A stretch of DNA of 64,000 bases, taken from contig NC_043021.1 in assembly GCF_006345805.1 (NCBI RefSeq), positions 18,228,001-18,292,000 on the forward strand, in the 5' to 3' direction. Each line of letters starts with the position of its first letter. Position 1 is the stretch's first letter. The DNA is from Octopus sinensis. Taxonomy: Eukaryota. Under the pieces are notes generated by a model. The model searched no databases and was not told the origin of the DNA. It worked only from the letters and a program-made list of their open reading frames with translations. Positions 1-11,639 of this stretch are shown here, one piece after another. Both the position numbers and the translations under genes were made by a program.

Positions 1-699
1 TTTCATGTTAGCCCTCTCCCATCATCGTTATCTTCCATATTGGCCTTTCCCCATCATCATCTCCCAAATTCTATGTTAGCCCTCCCCTATCATCATCTCT
101 CCCATCATTAACTCCCTATTTCTGTATTAGCCCTCTTTTGTCAATGTATTGACAATGCATTGAGCCGCTAAATCATTAGGTACCTCTCTGATTGCTTTGT
201 CTACCTAGTTTGTGCGATTGATTGTTCCAATGACTATCTCGCCATTTAGATATCTCTCATAGAATATTGAAGCAAAGGAGTTTAAATATTTTATCAATGA
301 TTACAAAGCAAAACAGAAAATGGTTAGACTTAATCAATTTCCAAGTTAGTACATTTTTTTATCAATATATTTGTATATTACGTACATTATCCATATCTGC
401 ATATTAAATACATGGCCCAGTTCCCCAGTTATTTATTAACTATATGGTCCATTTTATTCATACATTAAATACATAGATCAGCTCTATGTATTTATTTATT
501 AACTATATGGCCCATCTCTCTATATTTATATATCAATTATAAAGTGCAGCTTTGTTTATACATAGAGTGCATTGTTCCAACGCTCTGTAAAATACACGGT
601 TCACCTCTCTTACTGTATATAAAGTCCATGGTCAAGCTTTGTTTCTGCATTCAGTACTCTGTTCTGTACTGTTTATATGCGAAGCACATTCTCTCTTTT

Positions 700-1102
700 T
701 TTACTCTTTTACTTGTTTCAGTCATTTGACTGCGGCCATGCTGGAGCACCGCCTTTAATCGAGCAACTCAACCCCGGGACTTATTCTTTTGTAAGCCCAG
801 TATTTATTCTATCGGTCTCTTTTGCCGAACCGCTAAGTGACGGGGACATAAACACACCAGCATCGGTTGTCAAGCAATGCTAGGGGGACAAACACAGACA
901 CACAAACACACACACATACATATATATATACATTTATACAACGGGCTTCTTCCAATTTCCGTCTACCAAATCCACTCACAAGGCTTTGGTCGGCCCGAGG
1001 CTACAGCAGAAGACACTTGCCCAAGGTGCCACGCAGTGGGACTGAACCCGGATCCATGTGGTTGGTAAGCAAGCTACTTACCACACAGCCACTCCTATGC
1101 CT
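700..1102 (-). mobile_element. SINE family A (tRNA-like head, internal (TA)n(TG)n, TAAAAGAG tail)
   Basis: About 400 bp, highly similar to more than 12 other copies in the window, with A/B-box-like head motifs. Confidence 0.9.
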
Positions 1103-2394
1103 ATGTTTCAACTCTATACATTTCTATATTGAATTGAAGGTTCACCTTTTTTAATATATCAAGTCCATGTTCTAACTCTCTTTATTTGTATATTTTAAGA
1201 AAAGGTCCATCTTCAATCAACATGTGTTATGTTAGCAGAGCTGGGGGTGGTACGACGTATATGGTCTAGCTATACTGAATATCTCATTGAAGGGTGACCT
1301 GCGAATTCTGTGGACTATTAAGTCTGTTGCATGAAAAATATGAAAGGCATCATTAAGTTGTCAATTTAGCAAACATTACTAAAATTTAATAATTCTGGGC
1401 CAGAGTTCTTTATTGAAAAAGAAAGTGTGTATGTGTGAGTGTATATCAAAAATTATCATTTTAATGCCTGCTTTCCATACTGGCATGGATAGGATGGTTT
1501 GACAGGGAAGTGGGGAGTTTCAGGGCTGTGTCTGGCTCCAGTTGTCTGTTTTGGCATGGTTTCTATGACTGGATGCCTTTCTTATGCTGACCACTTTACA
1601 AGGTGTACTGGGTGCTTTTCTTGTACCACCAGCACTAGTGAGGTTGCCTTATAGCTTGCATGACAGAAAAGAACAGAGAAAGAAAAGAAGGAGAAGCTCC
1701 CTCTATGAAGAAGTATTTGGGAGGGGAGGGTGAAGATGAGTAGCTGTATGCTAGATGTCAAAAGGCTAAGGGATGATAGCGGGACAAGCACAGTTGTATT
1801 ACTCTAGAGGAGGTATTTGGCTGAAGGCGATAAAAGAAAAGTAGTGATGAGGTTTTAGAACAAGCTCAGAAGGAACAAAAGGAACAGCTGAGGATGGTGG
1901 ATGATGGGAGAGGAAGAGAGTGGATGCTTTTTCATGAGAGTATGAGGATGGAATAAACTAGGGATATATATATATTTGAGGTTAAGAAATAATCTTACTA
2001 TATTTAATGGTACCTTTGTAGAAAGGTAAATTATATTTCATTGGCTAATTAACGTAATTACCTTATGGTGTTTAGTTCACTCTGTTATTATGCTCTGAAT
2101 TCAAAATCTCACTGATTTAGCCTTTCATGGTCAATGAAATGAAGGACCAGTCAATTACTGGAGTTGATGTAATTGACAGGCTCTTCCGCCAACTTTATGC
2201 TCTTGTCCTGATGTGTGAGTAATTATTGAGGAGAAATGTCATCATCCATACAGACCTTGCAAATCTTCTCAGATTAAGAGGCTCAAGATGACCAGTATTG
2301 AGTGCTTCTAGTTTCTATATACAGTGGTTTCAATACACAATGATAAAGGTGAAGTGTGTATATATAAGTCTTATACACCTTTCAACTAGAGTCG

Positions 2395-2493
2395 TAGATC
2401 TGCCTCTAAGGGAAGGATATATGTAGGCTCGAAGTCTCAAAGACTTTTCCATTTTTCCCAAGCATTAAATACACCTGCTTGTTGTATATATAT

Positions 2494-2528
<35 letters not shown>

Positions 2529-2715
2529 GGTTTAAATTTGCCATGATAGATCGCTAGCCACTACACATTCTTTATTCTCTCCTTGTTTCTTTCTGTGGAA
2601 GAGCGTAGGCCCGGAATGTTAAAGACTGTTTCACTTCCCTAGCATTATACTAATACATCTGTTTGTTGTCTACACCACCTGTCTTCATCTTTTGTTTTTT
2701 TAAGAATTCTCCCTA
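2395..2715 (+). mobile_element. Two direct, degenerate Penelope-type terminal repeats with a decayed hammerhead motif
   Basis: TCTTT-CTGTGGA-A-GAGC-GTAG-GCCC-GGAATGT-T-AAAGA at 2588-2625, with a related copy at 2400-2450. Confidence 0.45.
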
Positions 2716-2765
2716 TATATATATATATATATTTATATTTGTGTGTGTTTTAAGGAATGTAATAT

Positions 2766-2984
2766 ACTCTTTACTCTCTTTTACTCTTTTACTTGTTTCA
2801 GTCATTTGACTGTGGCCATGCTGGAGCACCGCCTTTAGTCGAACAAATCGACCCTGGGACTTATTCTTTGTAAGCCCAGTACTCATTCTATTGCTCTCTT
2901 TTGCCAAACCGCTAAGTGACGGCGACGTAAACACACCAGCATCAGTTGTCAAGCAATGCTTGGGGGACAAACACAGACACACAA

Positions 2985-3036
<52 letters not shown>

Positions 3037-3220
3037 ATATATATATATATATACACACATATATACATATATACAACGGGCTTCTTTCAGTTTCCATCTA
3101 TCATTGGTCGGCCCGAGGCTATAGTAGAAGACACTTTCCCAAGATGCCACGCAGTGGGACTGAACCCGGAACCATGTGGTTGGTAAGCAAGCTACTTACC
3201 ACACAGCCACTCCTGCACCT
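2766..3220 (-). mobile_element. SINE family A
   Basis: Full-length copy. Confidence 0.9.
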
Positions 3221-4017
3221 ATACGATTATTTTTCATGTGTCATTCTAAATTTTTATTTTTTCATATAATGTTTCTTTGAATTTTGAATATTTCCTATTT
3301 CATTAAGTCTCTTATTCTTTTATAGAATCTAGCATAGAGAAATATTCTTGTTACATCTACAGTTAATTCCTATCCCAACACACACACACACACACTCACA
3401 TACACACACACACATCAGAGGGTAATCATGCAACGTGCACACACACACTCACACACACACTTTAGAGACTGATAATATAAACTGTTGATATTAGAGCTGT
3501 ACCAGGTGTGTGTGTGTGTGTGTGTGTGTGTTCAACAGTCACATTCTGACAGAAGATTGTATGTGTAATAATAAATCAATGTCTGGTTCGTTAATGTTCC
3601 TCTTAATGGCTGTATTTACAGTAAAGGGAGATAATTGTCCTCTTTACAGCTTCCTTTACCTTGTGACTGTTTTTTCCATCTGACAGGCAGCTGGTGATGG
3701 TTACAGCAAGCAACACCAGTGATTGAATGAATGAATAAATGTGTAAGTGTGGATGTGTAACCACCGCCTAATATGGTAAGTTTGTAGCGTAAGGGAGATA
3801 AATCTGTTTGTGTTAATTTGGAGCCAGCTCCAGTTCAGTGCCAAGCCCAGTATCTTATCGCTTTCATCCAACTTGTGATGACCTCCTTTTAGCCTTTTCT
3901 GCAATGCCTCTCACACAGGACAGCAACTCCGCATCCGCACAAATTACATTTCTTCTGTTGATTCCTTCTTCTTCTCCTTACCTCTCTTACTGACTGGCAT
4001 CACCGACCTAATGTTGT

Positions 4018-4237
4018 TTTACTCTTTTACTTGTTTCAGTCATTTTGACTGCGGCCGGCCATGCTGGAGCACCGCCTTTAATCGAGCAACTCGACCCCAG
4101 GACTTATTCTTTTTGTAGGCCCTGTACTTATTCTATCGGTCTCTTTTTGCCGAACCGCTAAGTGACGGGGACGTAAACACACCAGCATCGGTTGTCAAGC
4201 AATGCTAGGGGGACAAACACAGACACGCAAACATGCT

Positions 4238-4275
<38 letters not shown>

Positions 4276-4444
4276 CACACATATATACAATGGGCTTCTT
4301 TCAGTTTCTGTCTACCAAATCTACTCACAGGGCTTTGGTCGGCCCGAGGCTATAGTAGAAGACACTTTCCCAAGGTGCTACGCAGTGGGACTGAACCCGG
4401 AACCATGTAAGCAAGCTACTTACCACACAGCCACTCCTGCGCCT
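4018..4444 (-). mobile_element. SINE family A
   Basis: Full-length copy. A diverged plus-strand relative starts near 4522. Confidence 0.9.
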
Positions 4445-5068
4445 ATGTTGATGGTAAAATAGCTAGACTTAACTAAATTTGTAAGGACACTCACAAGCAC
4501 ACACACACACACACACACACAGAGGCTGTGTGGCTAACACATGCTTAGGTGTTTAGTCCCACTGCATGGCACATTGGGCAAATGTCTTCTATTGTAACCC
4601 TGAGTACCATAGTCTTCTGAATGGATTTGGTTGATGAAAACTGAGAGAAGTCCATCATATATGTATATATATACTTGTGTGCATGAGGCCTATGTGTTTG
4701 TGCCTCCACAGGTCGACCCATATCTTGTGAGTGAAATTAGATTGACAGAAACTGTATGGAAGCCTGCTGTACAAATTGTATTTGTAATTCAAAGAAGAGC
4801 AACCTTGTTACATAATGTGTTATGCTGATTCTCCTTCAGAATTATGTTGAGGGTACATATTTCACTGAACCCATTGTGGACTGTCACCTTGATGACTGTG
4901 CTTCTCTGCATAACTTGTCCAGCCTTCACAAGCCATTCATCTGCTCTTAGAAAAAATTACAGAGTGTGGAAAGCCGGTCAAAAACCTTTTCCAGATTGAT
5001 GAATGCCAGGTATAGGCACTTCTTTCTAGCTAACTACTTCTGCACTTGTCACATTAGGGAGATGCATC

Positions 5069-5131
5069 AATTGTACCTCTGTCTGGCATAATTGTACCTC
5101 TTTCTGGCATAATTGTACCTCTTTCTGGCAT
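5069..5131. repeat. 3 x 21-bp tandem repeat
   Basis: AATTGTACCTCTTTCTGGCAT units. Confidence 0.9.
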
Positions 5132-6167
5132 TTCTGACTTGTGTACTCTTGATCTCTTTGTTACCTCCATAACCAATCTTTACTCTACAATCACAGCCTC
5201 TGCTCTCTCTCTCTCTCACACACATACACATATAGCAGTGTCTGATTAGCACCTTATTGAAACCAAACCATTCAACTGCACCTCTTGTACTTTAAGTCAG
5301 TTGACCATGGCTGCAACTGTCTCTTCTGACTTAGTGAAGTGGTTGACTGAGAATATCCTCCCAAATATGTCCCCCTTGCAAATCAAGCTGCTAGAAACAG
5401 CAGCAAAATCTCCCCTCCTCAAACCACTCTCTACTGCCTAATAAAAGGGCACATTAGATAATGATGTCTTGAGTACTCAATTTCAAAAGATAAAGCAGTA
5501 TAGTCATGGTTGGATTGGTCTTTGCTGCTATGCCTGTCTACTTCATCAGGACTGGAAAAAAAAAAATCACCTTCAACCATAAAGCCCATGGCTATGAAAT
5601 CTCACATGTGGCAATATGAGGAAAGACCTACACTTGGTCACTTCACCTGCTTCTGATAGTTTTGAAATCTCTTTGAAATCATGTCTGATCCAGTCTTAAA
5701 AGGAAACAGGCACATTAGATAATGTAGTTCTGTATACACACAGCCTTAAAAAAAATTACTGAAGGGTCACCATTTGGATGCTGTAGCATAGCTGTACTTG
5801 TGCAGGTCATCTGAATGCAACATTTGTAGATCAACTGATCAGAGACCCAGGATGCCTTCCCAAAGACCTCCTTCAACTAATGCAGGACCAAGATGGATGG
5901 CATGCGTGGGTTAAAGATTTCTGCAAAAGTTTCACCAGTTGGTGTTGATGACTGAAGGTTAATCTGGGCTAAATAACAGCAGCTACTTAATTCCAAGTGG
6001 TTACCACACAACTGGGGTGTTATTGTAGAAGTTTTTTTCTGACTACATGAAGGACAGACATCTTTGCTACCAACTGTCATCAAGTGGGAATCCTTTACCT
6101 CATGCAAGATGACCATCGTTATGATTTTCATGCATGCATATGTGCACGCATGCATATGTGCACGCAT

Positions 6168-6207
<40 letters not shown>

Positions 6208-7292
6208 TTCTTTATTTTTTAATTGTTTCAATCTTTGAACTGCAGCAATGCTGGGCACTCTACTTGGAAAGTTTTCATCACAGAAATCAGCCCCAGTCCT
6301 CATTTTTCAGTCTAGCACTTATTCTATCGGTCCCTTTTTCTAAACTGCTAAGGTACAGAGACGTAAACAAACTAATACTGGTTGTGAAGTGGAAGCAGGA
6401 GATAAACACATGCACATCATCATTTAACGTCCGTTGTCCATGCTGGCATGGGTTGGACCGTTTGACTGGGCTGGCATGCTGGAAGGTTGCACCGGGCTCC
6501 AATCTGATTTGGCATGTTTTTCTATGGCTGGATGCCCTTCCTAACGCCATGCGCATATATTTATATAAATATACGTTGGTCTTCCTCACAGTTTCTGTTC
6601 TATTATAAAGTTGAGTGATGTTTCTCTGTCTCTTATGTTTTTATGTTCGTTAACTTCTCCTAGACTTTTGGTGCAAGGACAACGAAACTCAAACCAGTGA
6701 TTCCCCTAATCCCAGGGAATGTCCTAAGGGGGTCTATTTTTTTTTAAGGGCCACCTAATTGGGGCCCCACTGAGCACCCCATTTTTACTTCATTTTAAAC
6801 TACATACATGGCATTGATGACCAAATCAGAGCAATGACAATGAATTTCATACCATGAATTGTAAGGAGGCTCAATTTCTGAAGGGCTGCTTATATGGGGC
6901 CCCCACCAACCCCTACCCCTATTTTTACTACATTTACCTTGCTCCTACACTTTTTGATTAAACTATGATAAGCATCAGTGCTTAGCACATTTGCAGAAAT
7001 AAGTTTGAGCATTCTAAATACCTTCATCTACATTGAAATCGAGATGAAGATTTATAACAGGTATGTTTCAAGTGTGGTGGTGTGGATATTTATATTTTGT
7101 AGTTTATGAAACTTATGTCTAGTCTACCATATTCTCTCACAGGGCATTGGTTGACCCAGTTGTATAGTAGAAAACACTTGTTCAAGGTGCTGTACAGTGG
7201 GACTGAACCCCAAACCACATGGTTACAAAGTGAGCTTTGTAGTAACATAGTTGATTTAATCTCTCTACCTAGCTGCCTAGCTGCCTACCTAC

Positions 7293-7516
7293 CTATTTCT
7301 TTACTACCCACAAGGGGCTAAACATAGAGGGGACAAACAAGGGGATTAAGTCGATTATATCGACTCCAGTACACAACTGGTACTTAATTTATCGACCCCG
7401 AAAGGATGAAAGGCAAAGTCGACCTCGGCGGAATTTGAACTCAGAATGTAGCGGTGGACGAAATACCGCAAAGTATTTCGGCCGGCATGCTAACGTTTCT
7501 GCCTGCTCACCGCCTT
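7293..7516 (-). mobile_element. SINE family B (~225 bp; GAGGTCGACTTTGCCTTTCATCCTTTCGGGGTCGATAAA core, Nin/Deu-domain-like)
   Basis: Repeated at 28323, 47412, 51519, 60121 and 63452. The domain assignment is from memory. Confidence 0.85.
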
Positions 7517-7542
7517 ACCTACCTACCTACCTACCTACCTAC

Positions 7543-7589
<47 letters not shown>

Positions 7590-8229
7590 CCTATCCACCT
7601 GCCTACCTATCTATCTGTGTGTGTGTGTGTGTGTGAAGAGATAGAAAATTAATCTATTTACCTACCTATCTATGTATGTATGTGTGTGTGTGTGTGTACA
7701 CTATTATGCCATTCTACATGTAGCAAAATTGTTTTTGAAGATTTCCATAAAATTTGCAGTTGAATGTGTTGTTCTGAAGAACAAATTTCTGACACTCACC
7801 AATAATTTCCACAAAATTCTTTCTCTACCAAGCTCAGCACACTGCACTTAACAACGCTCTATATATCTATTACATTATACATCAGTAGTATATCAGTAAA
7901 CTATGGCTGGAAATAGAAATGAAAGCTTTGATGTGGTCATCAGTTTAGCAACAACAATATTAACTTTACCCATTTATGTTTGGTTGGCTTCATCATGTTA
8001 TTCATGGCTTTGATCTGCCGCCACACTTTCTCTCTTAGATTGCCACAGATAAAAACTTGATTCCATCATCAGTCTTCAGTCTGTCAGCATTTAATTGGCT
8101 AATATTTTGCTCAATAATAGTGTTTCGTCGTTATCTTCTCGTTAATACTTTCCTCGGTAATATCTGCCTCTCTAATTTCTCAGCAATATTTCTTGCAGCT
8201 AAAGAGCTGTCTCCTGCATGCTCCCTCCC

Positions 8230-8510
8230 TCCCTCTGTCTGTCTGTCTGTCTCTCTCTCTCTCCCTCTCTCTCTCCCCCTCTCTCTCTCTCTCCCTCTCT
8301 CTCCCCCTCTCTCTCTTTCACTCTCTCTCTCACACAGTCTCTCTCTCTCCCTCTCTCTCCTTCTCTCTCACTCACTCTCTCTCACACTCACTCTCTCACA
8401 TACTCACTCTCATTCACTCACTCACTCTCTCTCATTCACTCTCTCACACTCACTCACTCTCTCTCATTCACTCACTCTCTCTCTCACACCCACTCTCTCT
8501 CTCTCACACA
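8230..8510. repeat. (CT)n/(CACT)n microsatellite
   Basis: Direct inspection. Confidence 0.95.
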
Positions 8511-8960
8511 ACAGGGATTCTGACAAAGTGGTTTTTTATTTACTTTTTTATGTATTTTTTTTGTTTGTTTTCAAAATGTTTTTCTTGAAAATGCTGCAGG
8601 CTCATTAAATGGTGAGGATACCAGAGATTCAACTGAAGAGTCACTCGTTCATAAGCTTCCACTATTGCCTCAGGATTCTTAATTTTCAAAGCAGCCCCCC
8701 ACCCCCAACCGCCTCCACTTCTGTCTGCCTGGCTGGCAACAGGTACCACCAACGAGGAGCAATTCTTCTCTCATAGTGCCGAAGTGCACTATAAAGTGAT
8801 TTATGTCGTTCGGCTGCTGGCATGACCAACTGGGTAGTTAAGAGTCTCTGGTTTGAATTTCACTATGCAGCACCTTAGGTTGATTGAACTTTGTAATCAG
8901 AACTGGGTAGATGGGTGTGAACATGTATAAATATATAATTGTGTGTATAAATATATGAAT

Positions 8961-9297
8961 GAAGACGTGTGGCTCAGTGGTTAGAGCGTCGAGCTTACGA
9001 TCGTGAGATTGTGAGCTCGAATCCCGGACTGGGCTGCGTGTTGTGTTCTTGAGCAACACACTTTATTTCACGTTGCTCCAGTTCACTCAGCTGTAGAAAT
9101 GAGTTGCGACGTCACAGGTGCCAAGCTGTATCGGCCCCTTTGTCTTTCCCTTGGACAACATCAGTGATGTGGAGAGGGGAGACCGGTATGCATGGGCGAC
9201 TGCTGGTCTTCCATAAAACAACCTTGCCCAGACTTGTGCCTCTGAGGGTAACTCTCTAGGTGCAAACCCATGGTCAGTGTCTGACCGAAGGGGGGTC
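8961..9297 (+). mobile_element. SINE family C (tRNA-like head followed by a GTTGTGTTCTTGAGCAA core)
   Basis: A and B boxes (TGGCTCAGTGG; GCTCGAATCC). A near-identical copy lies at 24983-25315. Confidence 0.85.
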
Positions 9298-9376
9298 AAA
9301 AAAAAAAAATAAATGTATACATGCCTAATTACACACATACATAAGCATTCATGTGTGTGTGTGTGTATGCACATTC

Positions 9377-9584
9377 TCTCTTTCTCTTTAACGTGTTTCA
9401 GTCATTTGACTGCGGCCATGCTGGAGCACCGCCTTTAGTCGAGCAAATCGACCCCAGGACTTATTCTTTGTAAGCCCAGTACTTATTCTATCGGTCTCTT
9501 TTCCAGAACCGCTAAGTTACGGGGACGTAAACACACCAGCATCGGTTGTCAAGCGATGTTGGGAGAACAAACACAGACACACAA

Positions 9585-9619
<35 letters not shown>

Positions 9620-9791
9620 CATATACATGACAGGCTTCTTTCAGTTTCCGTCTACCAAATCCACTCACAAGGCTTTGGTCGGCCCAAGGCTATAGTAGAA
9701 GACACTTGCCCAAGGTGCCATGCAGTGGGACTGAACTCGGAACCATGTGGTTGGTAAGCAAGCTACTTACCACACAGCCACTCCTGCGCCT
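9377..9791 (-). mobile_element. SINE family A
   Basis: Full-length copy. Confidence 0.9.
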
Positions 9792-10179
9792 CATATGTAT
9801 ATAAATATACAAACACATGTACATACATGTTTGTATAGGTGATATGCTTCCACACAAGTTTCTCTCTCTCTCTCTTGTGTATGTGTGTGTGTGTGAGTAT
9901 ACACACAACCAGTTTAAACCAGTTGAAGAGGAAGATGAGAGAAGAGATGATGTTTCTCTTCGGTAAATTTTATGAGAGGCAGGTGTCTAAATGTATTTGT
10001 GTCAGTGTTGTTCTGGAGGTGAGTTTAACGGACTCCAACCCAGTGAATCCCTCACACTCAACAATCACAGCCACTCAAGCCAGAAGTAATCAATAAGTTC
10101 TGATTCCATGAGTGGGCTCTATATATATGAAAAGACCAGATATATTGATTCACTGTCTGACTCAACCATACTAATCCAT

Positions 10180-10540
10180 GATTTCAACTCTCGAATTGCA
10201 ACAGGCATGTTTATCTCCAGTCTCGAGCTAATCGACTTTAACGTTTTCCACATGAAACGGAAAATAAGGCTGGAGAAGAAATGCCTGTCGCAAAGTGTGT
10301 TTCGTAAACGATGGAAATATATAGCAAGTATGTTGCGAGTGAAAGGACCCGTTTAATCAAGAATGGAAAAAAGGAGAAAGCAAAGTCTTCAGTGTGAGTA
10401 TGTGGTTTGTGGGGTCAACCGCGTCCTCCTCTTCATTTTTTGTTAATCACTCATTCTCATTTAATTGTATATATTTTAATTATTGTTTGTTTATTCATAC
10501 GTTTCGTCTCATTCAATACCCTGACCCCAACGTTTGTTTT
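10180..10540. promoter_or_regulatory. CpG-retaining patch, possible promoter/first-exon region
   Basis: About 15 CpG in ~350 bp of unique AT-rich DNA, while surrounding unique DNA is CpG-poor. It overlaps the candidate first exon. Confidence 0.35.
10311..10393 (+). CDS. Candidate first coding exon of the BLTP2-like gene (MEIYSKYVASERTRLIKNGKKEKAKSS-V), uncertain
   Basis: ATG at 10311 is preceded by an in-frame TAA. There is a strong donor (GT|GTGAGT) at 10394. The exon ends in phase 2, matching exon 11007, and lies in a CpG-rich patch. No recognisable similarity to the BLTP2 N-terminus. Confidence 0.35.
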
Positions 10541-10643
10541 GTCTGTCCCCATATTGTCCTCTCTTTTTCTCAACCTAAAGGTGAATAAAGAAATTCTCTC
10601 TCTCTCTCTCCCTCCCTCCAAACAATGAATATCTTCAACTTAA

Positions 10644-10864
10644 CCCTTTAGCATTCAGATTATTCTGCTAAATGTAATTCTTATTTATCCACATTGTTTT
10701 GAATCAATCACACATCATTTCATAACTTCGTGATTTTGATGATGTGAATATTTCTTTTTAGAATGATATTGTAGGGTAGGTGTGAGAGACTGGATCTGGC
10801 TAGTTTGTATTTAAAACAGGTAGAAATTTTGGACCAGATGTGGGCCAGTTTATATGCTAAAGGG
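10644..10864 (+). mobile_element. piggyBac-type MITE family 1
   Basis: TTAA-CCCTTTAGCATT ... TGCTAAAGGG termini. Confidence 0.8.
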
Positions 10865-11006
10865 TAATGTAATCTCAACTCTGCAAAAGATGTGGAATAT
10901 TATTTATCTAATTCTTTATCTCCACAGATAATTATAAAGTTATCAGCTCTAATGTCTGATGTAGTATGGTATGTGAATCTCAGTTGCTTTTGTATTTCTT
11001 CTGCAG

Positions 11007-11160
11007 GAAACTTCTGGTTGTTTGTGCCACCGACATCCGAATCCAAGTGGATATTTCTGGTGACATAGAGCCACGACGTCCCCGAAAGCCGCGAGTTTCT
11101 CACTCTACACCACCCAACATTGATGAAGTAAAGCTAGCTCGTATTTTGAGCATTTGTCAA
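11007..11160 (+). CDS. BLTP2: BLTP2/KIAA0100/hobbit exon (KLLVVCATDIRIQVDI...LARILSICQ)
   Basis: Acceptor ttcttctgcag, donor gtgagt, phase 2->0. Resembles fly Hobbit KLLSIYIRDIRINKDI and human ALCFGEVRIRTDL...IFCQ (recalled). Confidence 0.88.
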
Positions 11161-11331
11161 GTGAGTACCACTTCAAATTGTACACTTCTCTTGATGCATT
11201 TCCTTCTTTCTAATAAAATATTGTTACATGTATTTGGAGTGTTGAGGAAGAAGGAGATATATAAAGCTTCAGGTAAATTTGTAGAGTATTTATTAGGTTA
11301 TCTTATTTCTTCCACTGTGCTGTGTTTGTGG

Positions 11332-11452
11332 TCTCCAGGGATACAGGCATCCAGCAACAGGACCTCTGTAATGCTATGATGGACCGTGAAGTCTGGCGTA
11401 GCATGGTAAATTCCATTGTCTCGACCACGGTCGAACAATGATGATGATGATG
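11332..11452 (+). mobile_element. Short 3' end of the same RTE family as 40300-40685
   Basis: Near-identical to 40564-40680, with a (TGA)n tail. Confidence 0.8.
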
Positions 11453-11639
11453 GTCAATGCACTTAACTCTTGCTGACTCTGTCAATCGTGATCTAATAGG
11501 TACCATGAAGTACATGCAGCCTCACCATTGTAAGTTATTGGGAAAACTATAATTAACACATATTTCACTAATTAGTAGTCCTGCTATGAGCTGCAAGAAG
11601 GTAGTGGGGAAACTCTTTGTCACTTTCTTTGCTTTCTTT

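Noticed and set aside
867-1154. Recurrent ORFs such as MSSNARGTNT..., MLGGQTQTHK... and MTTDAGVFTS... (many loci)
   Set aside because: These are translations of SINE family A, repeated at every copy and starting at non-ATG codons.
6640-6960. GC-richer block resembling a non-autonomous DNA element
   Set aside because: Single copy in the window with no termini or TSD identifiable, so it cannot be classified.
8601-8830. Exon-like segment after the acceptor at 8600 (SLNGEDTRDS...DS*) and minus ORF 8540..8752
   Set aside because: No phase-consistent partner exons and no recognisable homology on either strand.
8961-9035. tRNA-like sequence (also at 20624, 24983 and 56865)
   Set aside because: It continues directly into a SINE body and occurs in multiple diverged copies, so these are SINE heads, not tRNA genes.
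10407-10580. Hydrophobic frame ending at an AAG|GTGAAT donor as a possible BLTP2 TM exon
   Set aside because: No ATG in frame (TTG start after a stop), and it resembles T-rich intronic DNA.
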